DNA of 64,000 nucleotides from an uncultured virus (IMG/VR IMGVR_UViG_3300029305_005254) (IMGVR_UViG_3300029305_005254); one strand, 5' to 3'; shown: positions 18,444-28,457, counted from the stretch's first letter. Notes: generated by a model not told the origin, from the sequence alone. A program made the numbers and translations.

Positions 18444-19808
18444 CTAAATAGCATCCTCAGGTAAAGTATCATCTATGTAATCCCAAGGTGATTCAGTATT
18501 AGACATAATACCTAATGCTGCATCTTCATTAAGAGTTCTACCATCTGCAAAACAAGGAACAACTCCTGCCTCGCCACCATATCTAAAATATAAAGGCTCA
18601 CCCTCATAAGCATCCAATATAAGAATATTTTTAGGCTCATACAAAGGTACTCTTTTTACTGAGTTGCCCTGAGCTGTTAACACCCCTAATTGTTCCATAT
18701 TCATAATATTGCCTAAGCAATCTTCTCTAATCATATCGGGTTCTTCAGCCACAATTGCTACTGGACTTAGTTTACTTTTACCTCTAGTCCATATTATCTT
18801 TTGAACATAACCTACATACTGGTCCTGCTTCCATAAACCAACCTTAAGAGCAATATTACCACAATTATGGTTACCTTCTACTCCCATTGAATTGAATTTT
18901 TCTCTATCGTTGATTTCAAATACAACACCATCGCAGAAATACCCAAAGTCCTCATAAGCCTCTTCAAACACTTCTATTACAGAATTAATAGTGTCTGGTA
19001 AACTATATCTGTCAGAACTCTCTATTAACATATGTTGAGGTACTGAAAAACCACACTCCTCTATCTTCTGGAACTCTTCTTCTCTATCTACAAAAGAGAA
19101 ACCATCCATTAAAAAACCATAGCAAAGGAAGTCTAACAACTGTAACTCTTCTACTGTTGTTGATGGTCTTATAAGACTTGCTACTGCTGAGAATGCTGAT
19201 TTAATAGATGGGTTGAATTCTCTTGCCTTTTCCAAATTCTCTAGCTTAAGACATACCTCACCTCTTAACTCTACTAAACCATAATCAGCCAAACCCTCTA
19301 CATAATCTCTGCCTAAAATGACTTTCATATGTTCTGTTAAATCCCTACCACCTGATGACCTAGCTCTAGATGTTGCAGACACCAAATAACCATTGTTGAA
19401 CACAACTCGTACACCATGACCATTTATCTTAAAGCTGGCAAAATAACTCTCTGATTCAATTGGCATAGAATTTACCCATTGAGAGAATTCTTTGCTATCC
19501 AAAGACTTTATAGTCTCAATACTCATCATAGGATTTAACTGTAACAACTCTGTGTACTCTGTGATGTCTCCATCTTCCTCCCAAATCTCACTTAATATGT
19601 GAGAACTAGGGTTTACACGCTTGAGCATATCATAAAGTACATCATAAATACTATCTGCTACCTGATTTAAATAATCATTTCTCTGCCTATCATTACACTC
19701 TTCTATAAGTGCTTCAAGCTCCTCTACTCGACTGTCATCAAAACCTGCTTCCCCATCAGCATCAATTATCTCAAGTATATTAGATAATCTTAACTCAAAG
19801 GATTCCAT
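18444..19808 (-). CDS. NAD+-dependent DNA ligase, N-terminal part (Ia, adenylation, OB)
   Basis: DSIYDVL, MMSI, FKING (KxDG variant), ELRGEV, DGVVFEI, IALK, LSPVAI. Confidence 0.85.
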   Translation of the reverse strand: MESFELRLSNILEIIDADGEAGFDDSRVEELEALIEECNDRQRNDYLNQVADSIYDVLYDMLKRVNPSSHILSEIWEEDGDITEYTELLQLNPMMSIETIKSLDSKEFSQWVNSMPIESESYFASFKINGHGVRVVFNNGYLVSATSRARSSGGRDLTEHMKVILGRDYVEGLADYGLVELRGEVCLKLENLEKAREFNPSIKSAFSAVASLIRPSTTVEELQLLDFLCYGFLMDGFSFVDREEEFQKIEECGFSVPQHMLIESSDRYSLPDTINSVIEVFEEAYEDFGYFCDGVVFEINDREKFNSMGVEGNHNCGNIALKVGLWKQDQYVGYVQKIIWTRGKSKLSPVAIVAEEPDMIREDCLGNIMNMEQLGVLTAQGNSVKRVPLYEPKNILILDAYEGEPLYFRYGGEAGVVPCFADGRTLNEDAALGIMSNTESPWDYIDDTLPEDAI

Positions 19809-19885
19809 AAGTCCACTCTCCCTCCTATAGTAATTACATAATATAATTATAACACATCTTAAAATAAAACTGAATGTATTTCAGT

Positions 19886-19921
19886 AAAAATAATGCATAC
19901 TCTCTAATCGAGTATGCATTA
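19886..19921 (-). terminator. intrinsic terminator
   Basis: TAATGCATACTC / GAGTATGCATTA stem followed by U tract on minus strand. Confidence 0.75.
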
Positions 19922-20008
19922 AACAATGTACTTTTATATTGAATTGTCTGAATAAATAGATAACTTCTTTATACCCCTACTTTCCTGTTCTAACTTCCAC
20001 TTTGTATC

Positions 20009-20866
20009 CTATACCTCCACAATCTTACACTCTTGTATTTTACCATAATTGAAAAACCTTGCGTAGTCTGTATTACTCTCTAAACATCTGAACTTCATAA
20101 TAGTAGTTCTATCCGTACATTTAGATGTTAATATTACTGTAGATGGGTTAGAGTATAATTTATCTACACCTAAGTAATACATATCTATAAACTGACCTGG
20201 AATATTTTTATCTACCTTTATAATGTTATATGTGTCACTATAATACTCTAAATTATCTCTTGGATGATTTTTCAAAAGTATGTTCTTACCTCTGTAATTC
20301 TTTGTTAAATACTCTATAACTGTCTGTTCATATGTATCTACTCCGTGGTCTGTATTTATAGGTGAAGTAAATAATATCAAATCTATATGATTATTATCTT
20401 TACCTAAATTACAACCTAATAAGTCAAAGAATATATCTAATGTCTCTTGTGAATATTTTATACCTTTTACTTTTTCATAACACTCTTTAAACTTTAAATC
20501 TGCTGTATTATTAACATATATAGTAACACAATCTGGAATGTAAAACCCTTCCTTTGAGTAATCTGAAAAACCTTCTTCTAAAAATATTAGTTTATCATAA
20601 TTTAGGTTATTTAAAATAAATTCATAATAACTGTTTATATATGACATTATAACTAAGCTGTCTATATGGGTATCTCTAATCTCAGAATAATCTAATTTTC
20701 CTTTAAAAATACCCTTTGTTATTGCTTTTTCAACTAAGTTTGAAATATTATCTAATGCAAATTTATTATAATCTGTGTCTATAACTATATAGTAATCCTT
20801 ATAATCTCTTATTGAACTTATACACTCTAATATAGACCAAGCATTCCAAACAAAAAATACTTTCAT
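20009..20866 (-). CDS. GT-B glycosyltransferase, sialyltransferase-like (GT52/GT38-type)
   Basis: LIFLEEG (D/E-D/E-G motif), LLKNHPRD (HP motif), IPGQ, STVI; start moved to ATG 20866 behind GGGGAG. Confidence 0.7.
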   Translation of the reverse strand: MKVFFVWNAWSILECISSIRDYKDYYIVIDTDYNKFALDNISNLVEKAITKGIFKGKLDYSEIRDTHIDSLVIMSYINSYYEFILNNLNYDKLIFLEEGFSDYSKEGFYIPDCVTIYVNNTADLKFKECYEKVKGIKYSQETLDIFFDLLGCNLGKDNNHIDLILFTSPINTDHGVDTYEQTVIEYLTKNYRGKNILLKNHPRDNLEYYSDTYNIIKVDKNIPGQFIDMYYLGVDKLYSNPSTVILTSKCTDRTTIMKFRCLESNTDYARFFNYGKIQECKIVEV

Positions 20867-20948
20867 AAAACATACACTCCCCCACAAATTTCAGATTCTC
20901 CCCAAGCTTTAAGTATCTGTATTTTATTATCAAACCTCACAATAAAAA

Positions 20949-21012
20949 TGGAGCTGAGGGAAATTGAACCCTGTCCAAAAGCACTAATCATATCAAGTCT
21001 TTTTACTATTAA
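20949..21012 (-). pseudogene. 3'-terminal fragment of tmRNA (ssrA-like)
   Basis: Minus strand TTTTGGACAGGGTTCAATTTCCCTCAGCTCCA resembles the tmRNA T-arm/acceptor 3' end; no 5' half nearby. Confidence 0.65.
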
Positions 21013-21041
21013 GTAATCTACTTATAGGAGTAATATATGTA

Positions 21042-21644
21042 CTACTTACCTGTACTTCCAAAACCACCAACTCTATCCTGGTCTTTGATAACTAAACCTA
21101 CCTCTGGTCTTAAGAACTTCTTGAAAACACCCTGTCCTATCTTATCTCCCACCTTTATAGTTACATCCCAAGGTGAAAAATTATAATATGCAAACATCAT
21201 TTCACCATCATTATCAGGGTTACCATAATAATCAGCATCTATTACCCCTACACTGTTTGCTAAAACTAAACCTAACTTCTTAGGGTTGCTACTTCTGTTA
21301 TATAGTTCAAGAACCTCATCATCTTCCATACTAGCCTTAATACCAGTGTGAATAAATGTTGGTACAATCTTGAATTTCTTCTTGTCATTTCCAACATCAG
21401 ATGCTACTTCCAAATGGATACCTCTTGTAAGTAGACTCTTTGCTACCTGTTTCCAAATACTTGGAACTACAACCTCCTCTGCTGCAAAGAAATCAGCTCC
21501 TGCTGACTTTCTAGTAGAGTACTCTGGAAGTTTAGCTTCTGGAAAAGCCTTAACCTCTCCCTCTACACCTCTCTCATCTGGTGTAATGACTGGAGCTCCA
21601 TTCTCCATCTTTCTTGCAAATTCGAAACTTCTCATTTGATACAA
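21042..21644 (-). CDS. dut: trimeric dUTPase
   Basis: SAGADF, NRSS, GVIDADYYG, GDKIGQG, RVGGFGSTG. Confidence 0.95.
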   Translation of the reverse strand: MYQMRSFEFARKMENGAPVITPDERGVEGEVKAFPEAKLPEYSTRKSAGADFFAAEEVVVPSIWKQVAKSLLTRGIHLEVASDVGNDKKKFKIVPTFIHTGIKASMEDDEVLELYNRSSNPKKLGLVLANSVGVIDADYYGNPDNDGEMMFAYYNFSPWDVTIKVGDKIGQGVFKKFLRPEVGLVIKDQDRVGGFGSTGK

Positions 21645-21655
21645 CCTCTTTTCTT

Positions 21656-22087
21656 TTATTTATTTTTGTAAATACCCTTGAGTTCTGCTTCCTTATCACC
21701 ATTATAGTAAGTGTATACTGAATAAACACTACCATCATCAAGTAAATAAGGGGTTACAGAGATGCTGTCTTCATACTGGTAAATTATATAAACAATACCT
21801 GTATATCTATCTACATCTATAGTTTTTAGGTATTTATCTGCTACAACCTCAGTTTGACCATCATCAAAGTACTCAGCTACATCTTCAATAGAATGCTTAC
21901 CGTCTTCAGTTTGATGAGGGTAAGGGTTATAAAACTTACCATCTACGAGGAAACTCTCAGCTTGAGGTATATTTTCTAAACCACTGTAATCTTTCTCTTT
22001 CTCCTCTTTCGGTATGTTTAATACAATTAAAATCACCAAACATGCCACAATCAACCAATCAGCTACCAATTTTAAATTTTCTTTCAT
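21656..22087 (-). CDS. exported/membrane-anchored hypothetical protein
   Basis: N-terminal hydrophobic helix. Confidence 0.75.
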   Translation of the reverse strand: MKENLKLVADWLIVACLVILIVLNIPKEEKEKDYSGLENIPQAESFLVDGKFYNPYPHQTEDGKHSIEDVAEYFDDGQTEVVADKYLKTIDVDRYTGIVYIIYQYEDSISVTPYLLDDGSVYSVYTYYNGDKEAELKGIYKNK

Positions 22088-22096
22088 AAATCCTCC

Positions 22097-22501
22097 TTAT
22101 ACTACAAAAAGAAAAACCTTTGCTACCTTGTCTACTACTAATCCAATACCTGCACCATTAGATAGCATTAAATCAAAACAATACTGCATATTTTCACTAT
22201 TAAGTAATCTACTTATAGGAATACAATTCTCACTAGGAAAAATATTTACTAGAGTAGTTTTCTTACTTACAGACAACTTATTAGATTTATTAACAGCCTC
22301 TATAAATCTTTCTCTCCAAACAGAAAGTTCATCATTAGGCATAACAGAGTACCCTTTTGCACTTTCTGTATAGTATTCACCTTTTTCTACTATTAATACT
22401 TTCCCACTACTAATCTCTAATAGGGTTTTACGCATATCATAAAGACCTGTCTTTATAGAACCTACCTTTACTAAAACCCTCTTACCCTCTTTTGTATTCA
22501 T
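22097..22501 (-). CDS. hypothetical protein
   Basis: Coupled ORF, GGAGG RBS. Confidence 0.75.
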   Translation of the reverse strand: MNTKEGKRVLVKVGSIKTGLYDMRKTLLEISSGKVLIVEKGEYYTESAKGYSVMPNDELSVWRERFIEAVNKSNKLSVSKKTTLVNIFPSENCIPISRLLNSENMQYCFDLMLSNGAGIGLVVDKVAKVFLFVV

Positions 22502-22770
22502 TTAGTAAGACCTCCTCTCTTATATATATTAGCTGCATTTCCTGTTAACCAACCTGCTTCTCTATCTTTACAAGCACCACTTCTTATAGCTTCATCAGCC
22601 TCTTCTTTTGTGTCAAATCCACCAAAATACTTATCTACCTGATGAAAGTACACATACCACTTCTCAGTTAAACTACCCTTTGTTGAGTATAAAGAACCCT
22701 CTGGTAAATTAACCAAAATGTCATACTGCTTATCCGTTAACCTTTTTGCTGTTACATCTTTTCTTGCCAC
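22498..22770 (-). CDS. hypothetical protein (possible AP2-like motif)
   Basis: KWYVYF..KYFGGFDTKEEA. Confidence 0.6.
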   Translation of the reverse strand: MARKDVTAKRLTDKQYDILVNLPEGSLYSTKGSLTEKWYVYFHQVDKYFGGFDTKEEADEAIRSGACKDREAGWLTGNAANIYKRGGLTK

Positions 22771-23114
22771 TTCTTACAACCTCCAAATTTTGATATTTTA
22801 GGTGTTTTATCTTTATATACCTTTGTATTTTTCTTTATACACCCCTTCGCCTTACCTTTAAAAGACATACCTTTACCTTGTTTTGGTACTTCTATATAAA
22901 CCTTAGGTAGCTCAGCAACAGTTCCATAACCTTTCTTCATTCTGAAACCACCACCCTTAGTAAAGCTCATATTTGCAACCTGACCTGACTGTATCCAAGT
23001 CTGAGTTCCAAAAACACCTTCTTTTCTTTCTACCTTATATACATCATCATAAAGTACAAAGCCTATTCTCTTATTATTTTCTTTGTTTAGTATCTCCGCT
23101 TTTACCCAATACAT
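22752..23114 (-). CDS. basic hypothetical protein
   Basis: Lys-rich ORF with RBS. Confidence 0.75.
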   Translation of the reverse strand: MYWVKAEILNKENNKRIGFVLYDDVYKVERKEGVFGTQTWIQSGQVANMSFTKGGGFRMKKGYGTVAELPKVYIEVPKQGKGMSFKGKAKGCIKKNTKVYKDKTPKISKFGGCKKWQEKM

Positions 23115-23116
23115 AC

Positions 23117-23368
23117 TTATTCTCCTACCTCAAACAGTTGATTGTATCTCCTTCTTAACCAATTAGGTACTTCTAGATTGTGTTTCTGACACATAGTCAT
23201 TAGCCAAAAATATTTATCAGATGTACCTCCTGGAGTATCTTTGTAGATTTCTGTGCAAAATTTACCGTAAGACCAACTGCCTGTTATCTCCATAAATCTT
23301 TCATTTGAAACATTTTTACCCAATATTTCATATAGTGAATACTTTTCCATAAGACCTCCTCTATGCAA
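23117..23368 (-). CDS. hypothetical protein
   Basis: ORF; likely start MEKYS. Confidence 0.7.
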   Translation of the reverse strand: MHRGGLMEKYSLYEILGKNVSNERFMEITGSWSYGKFCTEIYKDTPGGTSDKYFWLMTMCQKHNLEVPNWLRRRYNQLFEVGE

Positions 23369-23588
23369 TCAACCAATTAACCAATCTAACAAATACTAAA
23401 TATAACTCACATATTAATATAGATAATATAAATATGTAATTAATAAAAGTGTACTTATTAAAAGAACCTATCATATCAATATCCCCAATAGGGTATTCTT
23501 CACAACAATTCTCATAACAAATCCATCTGTTTATTGTACAAAAGGCTACTATTAAACTTAACACACTAATCCTCCCATACACACTCAC
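23361..23588 (-). CDS. small membrane protein
   Basis: Two hydrophobic segments. Confidence 0.6.
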   Translation of the reverse strand: MSVYGRISVLSLIVAFCTINRWICYENCCEEYPIGDIDMIGSFNKYTFINYIFILSILICELYLVFVRLVNWLIA

Positions 23589-24018
23589 CTATCTCATTCA
23601 ATAAGATAGATAAAAAGTCCCTATTACCACAACCTATCTGACCTAATTTAAAATAGCAATCTTTTATAGAAACACCGTCTTCCTTGAACATCTTTCTAAA
23701 TAACTTTGCATATTCTTCTTTGCTGAGCTTTTCTGTCTTTGTAGTATTGTTAAAAGGCTCATATTTTGGAGACTTATCTGATACATTAGGATGATATCCA
23801 AAACCACCTCCGTCTAAATTAGACTTCCAATGGTGATAAGTACCGTTTACTTCACGAAACTCTATATCTATATAAGACCTGTCTTCATTATTGTAACACA
23901 TTTCATCTTTGTAAAAGTCTTGATGTAATATTTCACCTATAATAAATCTCTTACCTTTACATACAATATAATCTCCTGGTTGGAGTTCTCTTATCATATC
24001 TTCTGAACAGACTTTCAT
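23566..24018 (-). CDS. hypothetical protein
   Basis: ORF with GGAGG RBS. Confidence 0.75.
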   Translation of the reverse strand: MKVCSEDMIRELQPGDYIVCKGKRFIIGEILHQDFYKDEMCYNNEDRSYIDIEFREVNGTYHHWKSNLDGGGFGYHPNVSDKSPKYEPFNNTTKTEKLSKEEYAKLFRKMFKEDGVSIKDCYFKLGQIGCGNRDFLSILLNEIGECVWED

Positions 24019-24030
24019 AATTAACCCTCC

Positions 24031-24681
24031 CTAATAGATATCTATATAAGACATACCTTTTAACAACTCATTTAATGTTCTGTTTACATCTTGAATTGAA
24101 AAATCCTTTAATAATTCTTCTCTTAATTTACCAACTGTATAACCTTTGTTATAAAATAAGTCTTTAGCTTTATTAAAACATATTGAGTAACTATTGCTAG
24201 GTTCAACTATTGTAAATACAGCCGTATTACTTTCATATGACCAATCTATAGTTTCTAAAAAACTCATACCAATTAAATTCGGAGAACCTGCGTTATATAA
24301 TAATTTTACATAAGTATCGCCAAAAGAAACACCATTTAATGAAATATTTTGTACTTTGCATAAAAAACCTATATCTTTTCTATTTATAATGTCAATGTCT
24401 TTTAAACTAGGTAAATCCTCTTTTCCCTTTGAATCATTTACCCCTATAGATTTGATTAGGCTTATACCTTGAGTATTGTTTCTAAACAAATTTAACATTT
24501 TCCTTTTATGCCACAACATATTACTAGTATCTTTAATACCATATAAGTCACAAACAGATATTCTTGTTATACCACAACCAGTATCTATAACACCTTTTAT
24601 TTTTCCTAATTTACCTGCTAAAAAATTGGAAGATATATCTATTACGCACTCTAATCTTTTATTCTTATTGTAAATTACCAA
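24031..24681 (-). CDS. retropepsin-like aspartic protease
   Basis: VIDTGC and NLIGMSFL motifs. Confidence 0.75.
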   Translation of the reverse strand: MVIYNKNKRLECVIDISSNFLAGKLGKIKGVIDTGCGITRISVCDLYGIKDTSNMLWHKRKMLNLFRNNTQGISLIKSIGVNDSKGKEDLPSLKDIDIINRKDIGFLCKVQNISLNGVSFGDTYVKLLYNAGSPNLIGMSFLETIDWSYESNTAVFTIVEPSNSYSICFNKAKDLFYNKGYTVGKLREELLKDFSIQDVNRTLNELLKGMSYIDIY

Positions 24682-24693
24682 AATTTTATCCTC

Positions 24694-24942
24694 CTATAGC
24701 TCTCCATCAAAATTCTCTGAATCTGTAGTATTGTATATAAATACACTATCTCCTTTTACAATATTTTGTTTACCAATATCTCCTATACTAACTATTTCAC
24801 CTACAAGTTCTGGTTTTGAATAATCTATAGAAGAGTCTCTTAATACTATAGGAATATCTCTAATATTATCTAAATCTGATATTGAAACATACATTCCAAC
24901 CTTTAAATCTTCTAAGCTTAATTTTTTATTTTTCGAATCCAT
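24694..24942 (-). CDS. hypothetical protein
   Basis: Start adjusted to MDSKNK behind GGAGG. Confidence 0.7.
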   Translation of the reverse strand: MDSKNKKLSLEDLKVGMYVSISDLDNIRDIPIVLRDSSIDYSKPELVGEIVSIGDIGKQNIVKGDSVFIYNTTDSENFDGEL

Positions 24943-24955
24943 AGCACACAACCTC

Positions 24956-25864
24956 CTACATCTCCTTAACAATCTCAATAAACTGCTGAGCTGTTACTAT
25001 AGGAATATTACTTCCTTTCGCATTCCAACCCTCTACTGTCTTTACCTTACTAGTGTATCTTGCTGGACTGCCATCAGCTCCTGCCCATACTAAATAATCT
25101 ATATTCTTATTTACAGCTGGTAAGAAATTAGCGTGTATCTTATCGCCAAAAGTGTTATTAACATAGGTATAAAACTCGGATTTCTTAGCAAAACCACCAC
25201 CCACCTGGTCTGAACAAACTACATTTAATTCTTTCTTATCTGTCATACTTACTATGTTTACATCTTCTATAGATTCAAACAAATCTTCCTTATATTCCAT
25301 AAGAGATTCAAATATCTTTAAGGCTCTTACTGACAACTCTCCATCAGCTACTATACCTAATTTCTTCTGTATAAAAGGAACTCCACCCTCTTCTATATCA
25401 TTATAAGCTTCCTGTAAGCTTTCATACCCTTGAAAGATATTCATAGCAGAAGTCTGTACATGAGGCATATTAGCTATTCTTACATACTCCCAAAGTAAGA
25501 AGTTACGCTTAGCCTCTATCTGTTCTATAACAGAATCCGATATCTTAGGCGACACCTCATCAGAGAGAACCATACCTTTTCTCAAGGCAAACATATTTAA
25601 AGGGTTCTTTAAATCATAGTACTCTATAAACTTTTCTATAGTACTCTCACCAAAACCAAGAATTCCCAAATCATTACAAATAGCCTTAATACGCATAACT
25701 AACTTATCCTGACAACGAGAATTCTCACAATGTAAACCTGTAAGAGTTTCACTTATACCCATTAATCCGTTGCAAGTTGGACAAGTCTCTGGTAACAACT
25801 TTATGAATTTGTATGGTAATCCAAACTCTTCATAGTCTCTTTTTAATGTACTTACGAATACCAT
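24956..25864 (-). CDS. NAD+-dependent DNA ligase, C-terminal part (Zn finger, HhH, BRCT)
   Basis: PETCPTC..LHCENSRC, LGILGFGESTIEKF, AVNKNIDYLV..SKVKT..NIPIVTAQQF. Confidence 0.8.
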   Translation of the reverse strand: MVFVSTLKRDYEEFGLPYKFIKLLPETCPTCNGLMGISETLTGLHCENSRCQDKLVMRIKAICNDLGILGFGESTIEKFIEYYDLKNPLNMFALRKGMVLSDEVSPKISDSVIEQIEAKRNFLLWEYVRIANMPHVQTSAMNIFQGYESLQEAYNDIEEGGVPFIQKKLGIVADGELSVRALKIFESLMEYKEDLFESIEDVNIVSMTDKKELNVVCSDQVGGGFAKKSEFYTYVNNTFGDKIHANFLPAVNKNIDYLVWAGADGSPARYTSKVKTVEGWNAKGSNIPIVTAQQFIEIVKEM

Positions 25865-25878
25865 GATTTAACCTCCTT

Positions 25879-26304
25879 TTAATTTTCTGTATAAACCCAC
25901 ATCTTTTCAGCTGAATACTTACTAGGATTAAATGTACACATCCACTCATTATTGCAAAGTAAAGTACCATTTTCAAAGAAGATATTTATAAAATAACCGT
26001 CTTCTGATTTAAATCTGAATACTAACACCTCTTCCTTTATGCTAGTTGCTATTACAGAATGTAAACTAATATCGCCTAAATCATACTCCTCTAAATTCAG
26101 ATTCAGGTCTTCAAATATAGGCTTCAAGATATTATTTCTCCTATCTGTAGGTATTCTATGGAACTCGAAACCCTCTTCCTCGCACTTTAATAGCCAAGCT
26201 CTCCAAGCACTATCTATATCTCGCATCCAAGAGCAGACATCTTCTGTTTCCTCTAATGCTTTTGCAAATTCTAACATTTTATCCTTCATTATACTTTCCT
26301 CCAA
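25879..26304 (-). CDS. hypothetical protein
   Basis: ORF in operon orientation. Confidence 0.75.
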   Translation of the reverse strand: MEESIMKDKMLEFAKALEETEDVCSWMRDIDSAWRAWLLKCEEEGFEFHRIPTDRRNNILKPIFEDLNLNLEEYDLGDISLHSVIATSIKEEVLVFRFKSEDGYFINIFFENGTLLCNNEWMCTFNPSKYSAEKMWVYTEN

Positions 26305-26376
26305 TATTGTATATTAAGTATATTTTAACAGTATTTAAAGATTTTTACAATATTTTCTTAATTTAATTAGATGATA

Positions 26377-27816
26377 TTATAAAACAAGGTGGTGTTCACT
26401 TAAATATTCTATTATAGCTGCATTAACTAAAGATTTATCATACTTCTTATATAATAAACTACTAGCATCACTTATATTATATTTACTTTCACCACTATCT
26501 GTGCTTAACAAACTGCGTATTTCTGGATATATCTTATTTTTTATGAAAGCTATAACAATTGGGGATTTAGGATTAGATAAACAAACCCCCTCTACTAAAA
26601 GTAGTGGATTAGATATGTCAGACAATGATTTTAATAAATCTATATCTTTTAAACACTCTGATAGTAAAGCTATGCTATACAAAACTTCTTTGTGTTTACC
26701 CTTATTGTCCATTTTCTTTATTTCTTTTATCATCTTCTGTATAGCATTCTTACTATAATCGTCTTTAGATTTAACTAACTCTGAACCTAAACCATATTTA
26801 AAATATTCAACCACCTCATCTAAATCAGATGATTGACTAAAACCTGAATGCTTAGATAAAAGAGAATTCATTTTATCTAAAACTTTACAACCTTCAAACA
26901 TATAAGAATATATACAAGGGTTATATTTTTCATGAAAGTCTATACCTTTTATGGAGAATTTGCTAGTTAACTTAAAATTTAAATTTAGACTAGCATCTTT
27001 AAACATAGATTTCATACAATTTACACTATTTGTATTAAATTTCTCCCCCAATGAAAAGTTTTGAGAGAAAAAAGCCTTACCAAACATATAAGACATATCT
27101 GATACACTGCTTGTATCAAAATAAGAACCTAATGAAAAATTCTTGGGCATTTTTACTAGAGCAAACATACTACTCATATCTTTACATTTTTCTGTGTTGA
27201 AATTGTCTCCTAATGAAAAACTGTCTGGCAACTCTGTATTAGAAAACATACAACCCATAAATTCTACATTACTTGTGATAAAACTAGGTCCTAAGGTAAA
27301 TCCTTCTGGTAATTTGGTATCTTTAAACATACTATCCATATTATTAACATTAAAAGTGTTGAAATTACCCCCTAAGGTGAATCCTTCTGGTAAAATTGTG
27401 TTGTTAAACATTCTAGACATATCTTTTACATTTATTGTATTGAAATGATTGCCTAGTGTAAATCCTAAAGGCAACTTAGTATAATGGAACATACCATGCA
27501 TACTTTTTACATTGGAAGTGTTGAAATTGTCTCCTAATGTAAATCCTTCTGGTAGAAAAGCTTCATAAAACATCATAGTCATATCTTCCACTTCTAAGGT
27601 AGAACAACTTCTAATATAAGCACCCTTTTCAAATTTTACTTGTGAAAATAAGGATTTATATGATTTTAATCCTACTGGGATATCTATACCTACATTAGTT
27701 GGTCCTATATACTTTAAACAAGAATCCCCTAAAAGTTCACATACTGCCCAATCTTTTGAATCATACTCAAAAACACCTAACTCACCTGAATAAATCTTAG
27801 ATAAACTATTTGACAT
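26377..27816 (-). CDS. DUF285/BspA-like repeat protein
   Basis: About 8 tandem 27-aa repeats FNTxNVxxMxxMFxxxxLPxxFxLGxx. Confidence 0.85.
   Translation of the reverse strand: MSNSLSKIYSGELGVFEYDSKDWAVCELLGDSCLKYIGPTNVGIDIPVGLKSYKSLFSQVKFEKGAYIRSCSTLEVEDMTMMFYEAFLPEGFTLGDNFNTSNVKSMHGMFHYTKLPLGFTLGNHFNTINVKDMSRMFNNTILPEGFTLGGNFNTFNVNNMDSMFKDTKLPEGFTLGPSFITSNVEFMGCMFSNTELPDSFSLGDNFNTEKCKDMSSMFALVKMPKNFSLGSYFDTSSVSDMSYMFGKAFFSQNFSLGEKFNTNSVNCMKSMFKDASLNLNFKLTSKFSIKGIDFHEKYNPCIYSYMFEGCKVLDKMNSLLSKHSGFSQSSDLDEVVEYFKYGLGSELVKSKDDYSKNAIQKMIKEIKKMDNKGKHKEVLYSIALLSECLKDIDLLKSLSDISNPLLLVEGVCLSNPKSPIVIAFIKNKIYPEIRSLLSTDSGESKYNISDASSLLYKKYDKSLVNAAIIEYLSEHHLVL
26950..27600 (-). repeat. 81-bp-period coding tandem repeat
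   Basis: TGTTGAAATTGTCTCCTAATG recurs 324 bp (4 x 81) apart. Confidence 0.8.
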
Positions 27817-27841
27817 TAATTTAATCTCCTAAACCTTTTGT

Positions 27842-28303
27842 TTAAAATTCCTCGTCGCTCTTATACTCAACAAATACAAAATTATCATATTTATCTATAC
27901 CCATTGCTATTGAGTATGTATTTCCTCCTTTTTCATATAGGAACTTGTCCAACTTATTCTGCACAACAGAATCAGATAAAAATTTATCTACACTTACCTT
28001 ATTGTTTTTAGACATTTCCATTTTCATGAAAGAATAAAATTCATACTTAGTATTGTCTAATGGGTAAACATTACCTAACTTTTTTAGACAATACATAGGA
28101 GTCTCAACCTCCCAAAAATTTTTAGGGTAATATCCTTCTCCGTCTGTTACCCCACAAATATAATACCCATAGTGCATTAAATCTAATAATGCATCTAATA
28201 CTGGCTTAGATATATCTTTGAATGGTATGTTGTACCAATCGCAATAAGGTTCTTCAAATCTCTCTAATACCTGCAATGATTCTTTGTATGTAGATGTCTG
28301 CAT
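27842..28303 (-). CDS. hypothetical protein
   Basis: ORF with GGAGG RBS. Confidence 0.8.
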   Translation of the reverse strand: MQTSTYKESLQVLERFEEPYCDWYNIPFKDISKPVLDALLDLMHYGYYICGVTDGEGYYPKNFWEVETPMYCLKKLGNVYPLDNTKYEFYSFMKMEMSKNNKVSVDKFLSDSVVQNKLDKFLYEKGGNTYSIAMGIDKYDNFVFVEYKSDEEF

Positions 28304-28457
28304 AATAAATCCTCCTTAATATAAATTACCTACATTGTATTTACTTTAATTTTTATAATAATACAAAACTTATTTGTAACTCTATAATACCTAATGCTTT
28401 CAAGTGTACATTTATCACACTCTCAATTGACCTTACTGTGAAATATTATATTCATTT

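Noticed and set aside
20949..21012. Intact tRNA or tmRNA gene
   Set aside because: Only T-arm/acceptor 3' strand is recognisable; no pairing 5' strand, D-arm or anticodon arm
26950..27600. Diversity-generating retroelement target
   Set aside because: Ordinary in-frame coding repeats; no reverse transcriptase or TR/VR pair seen
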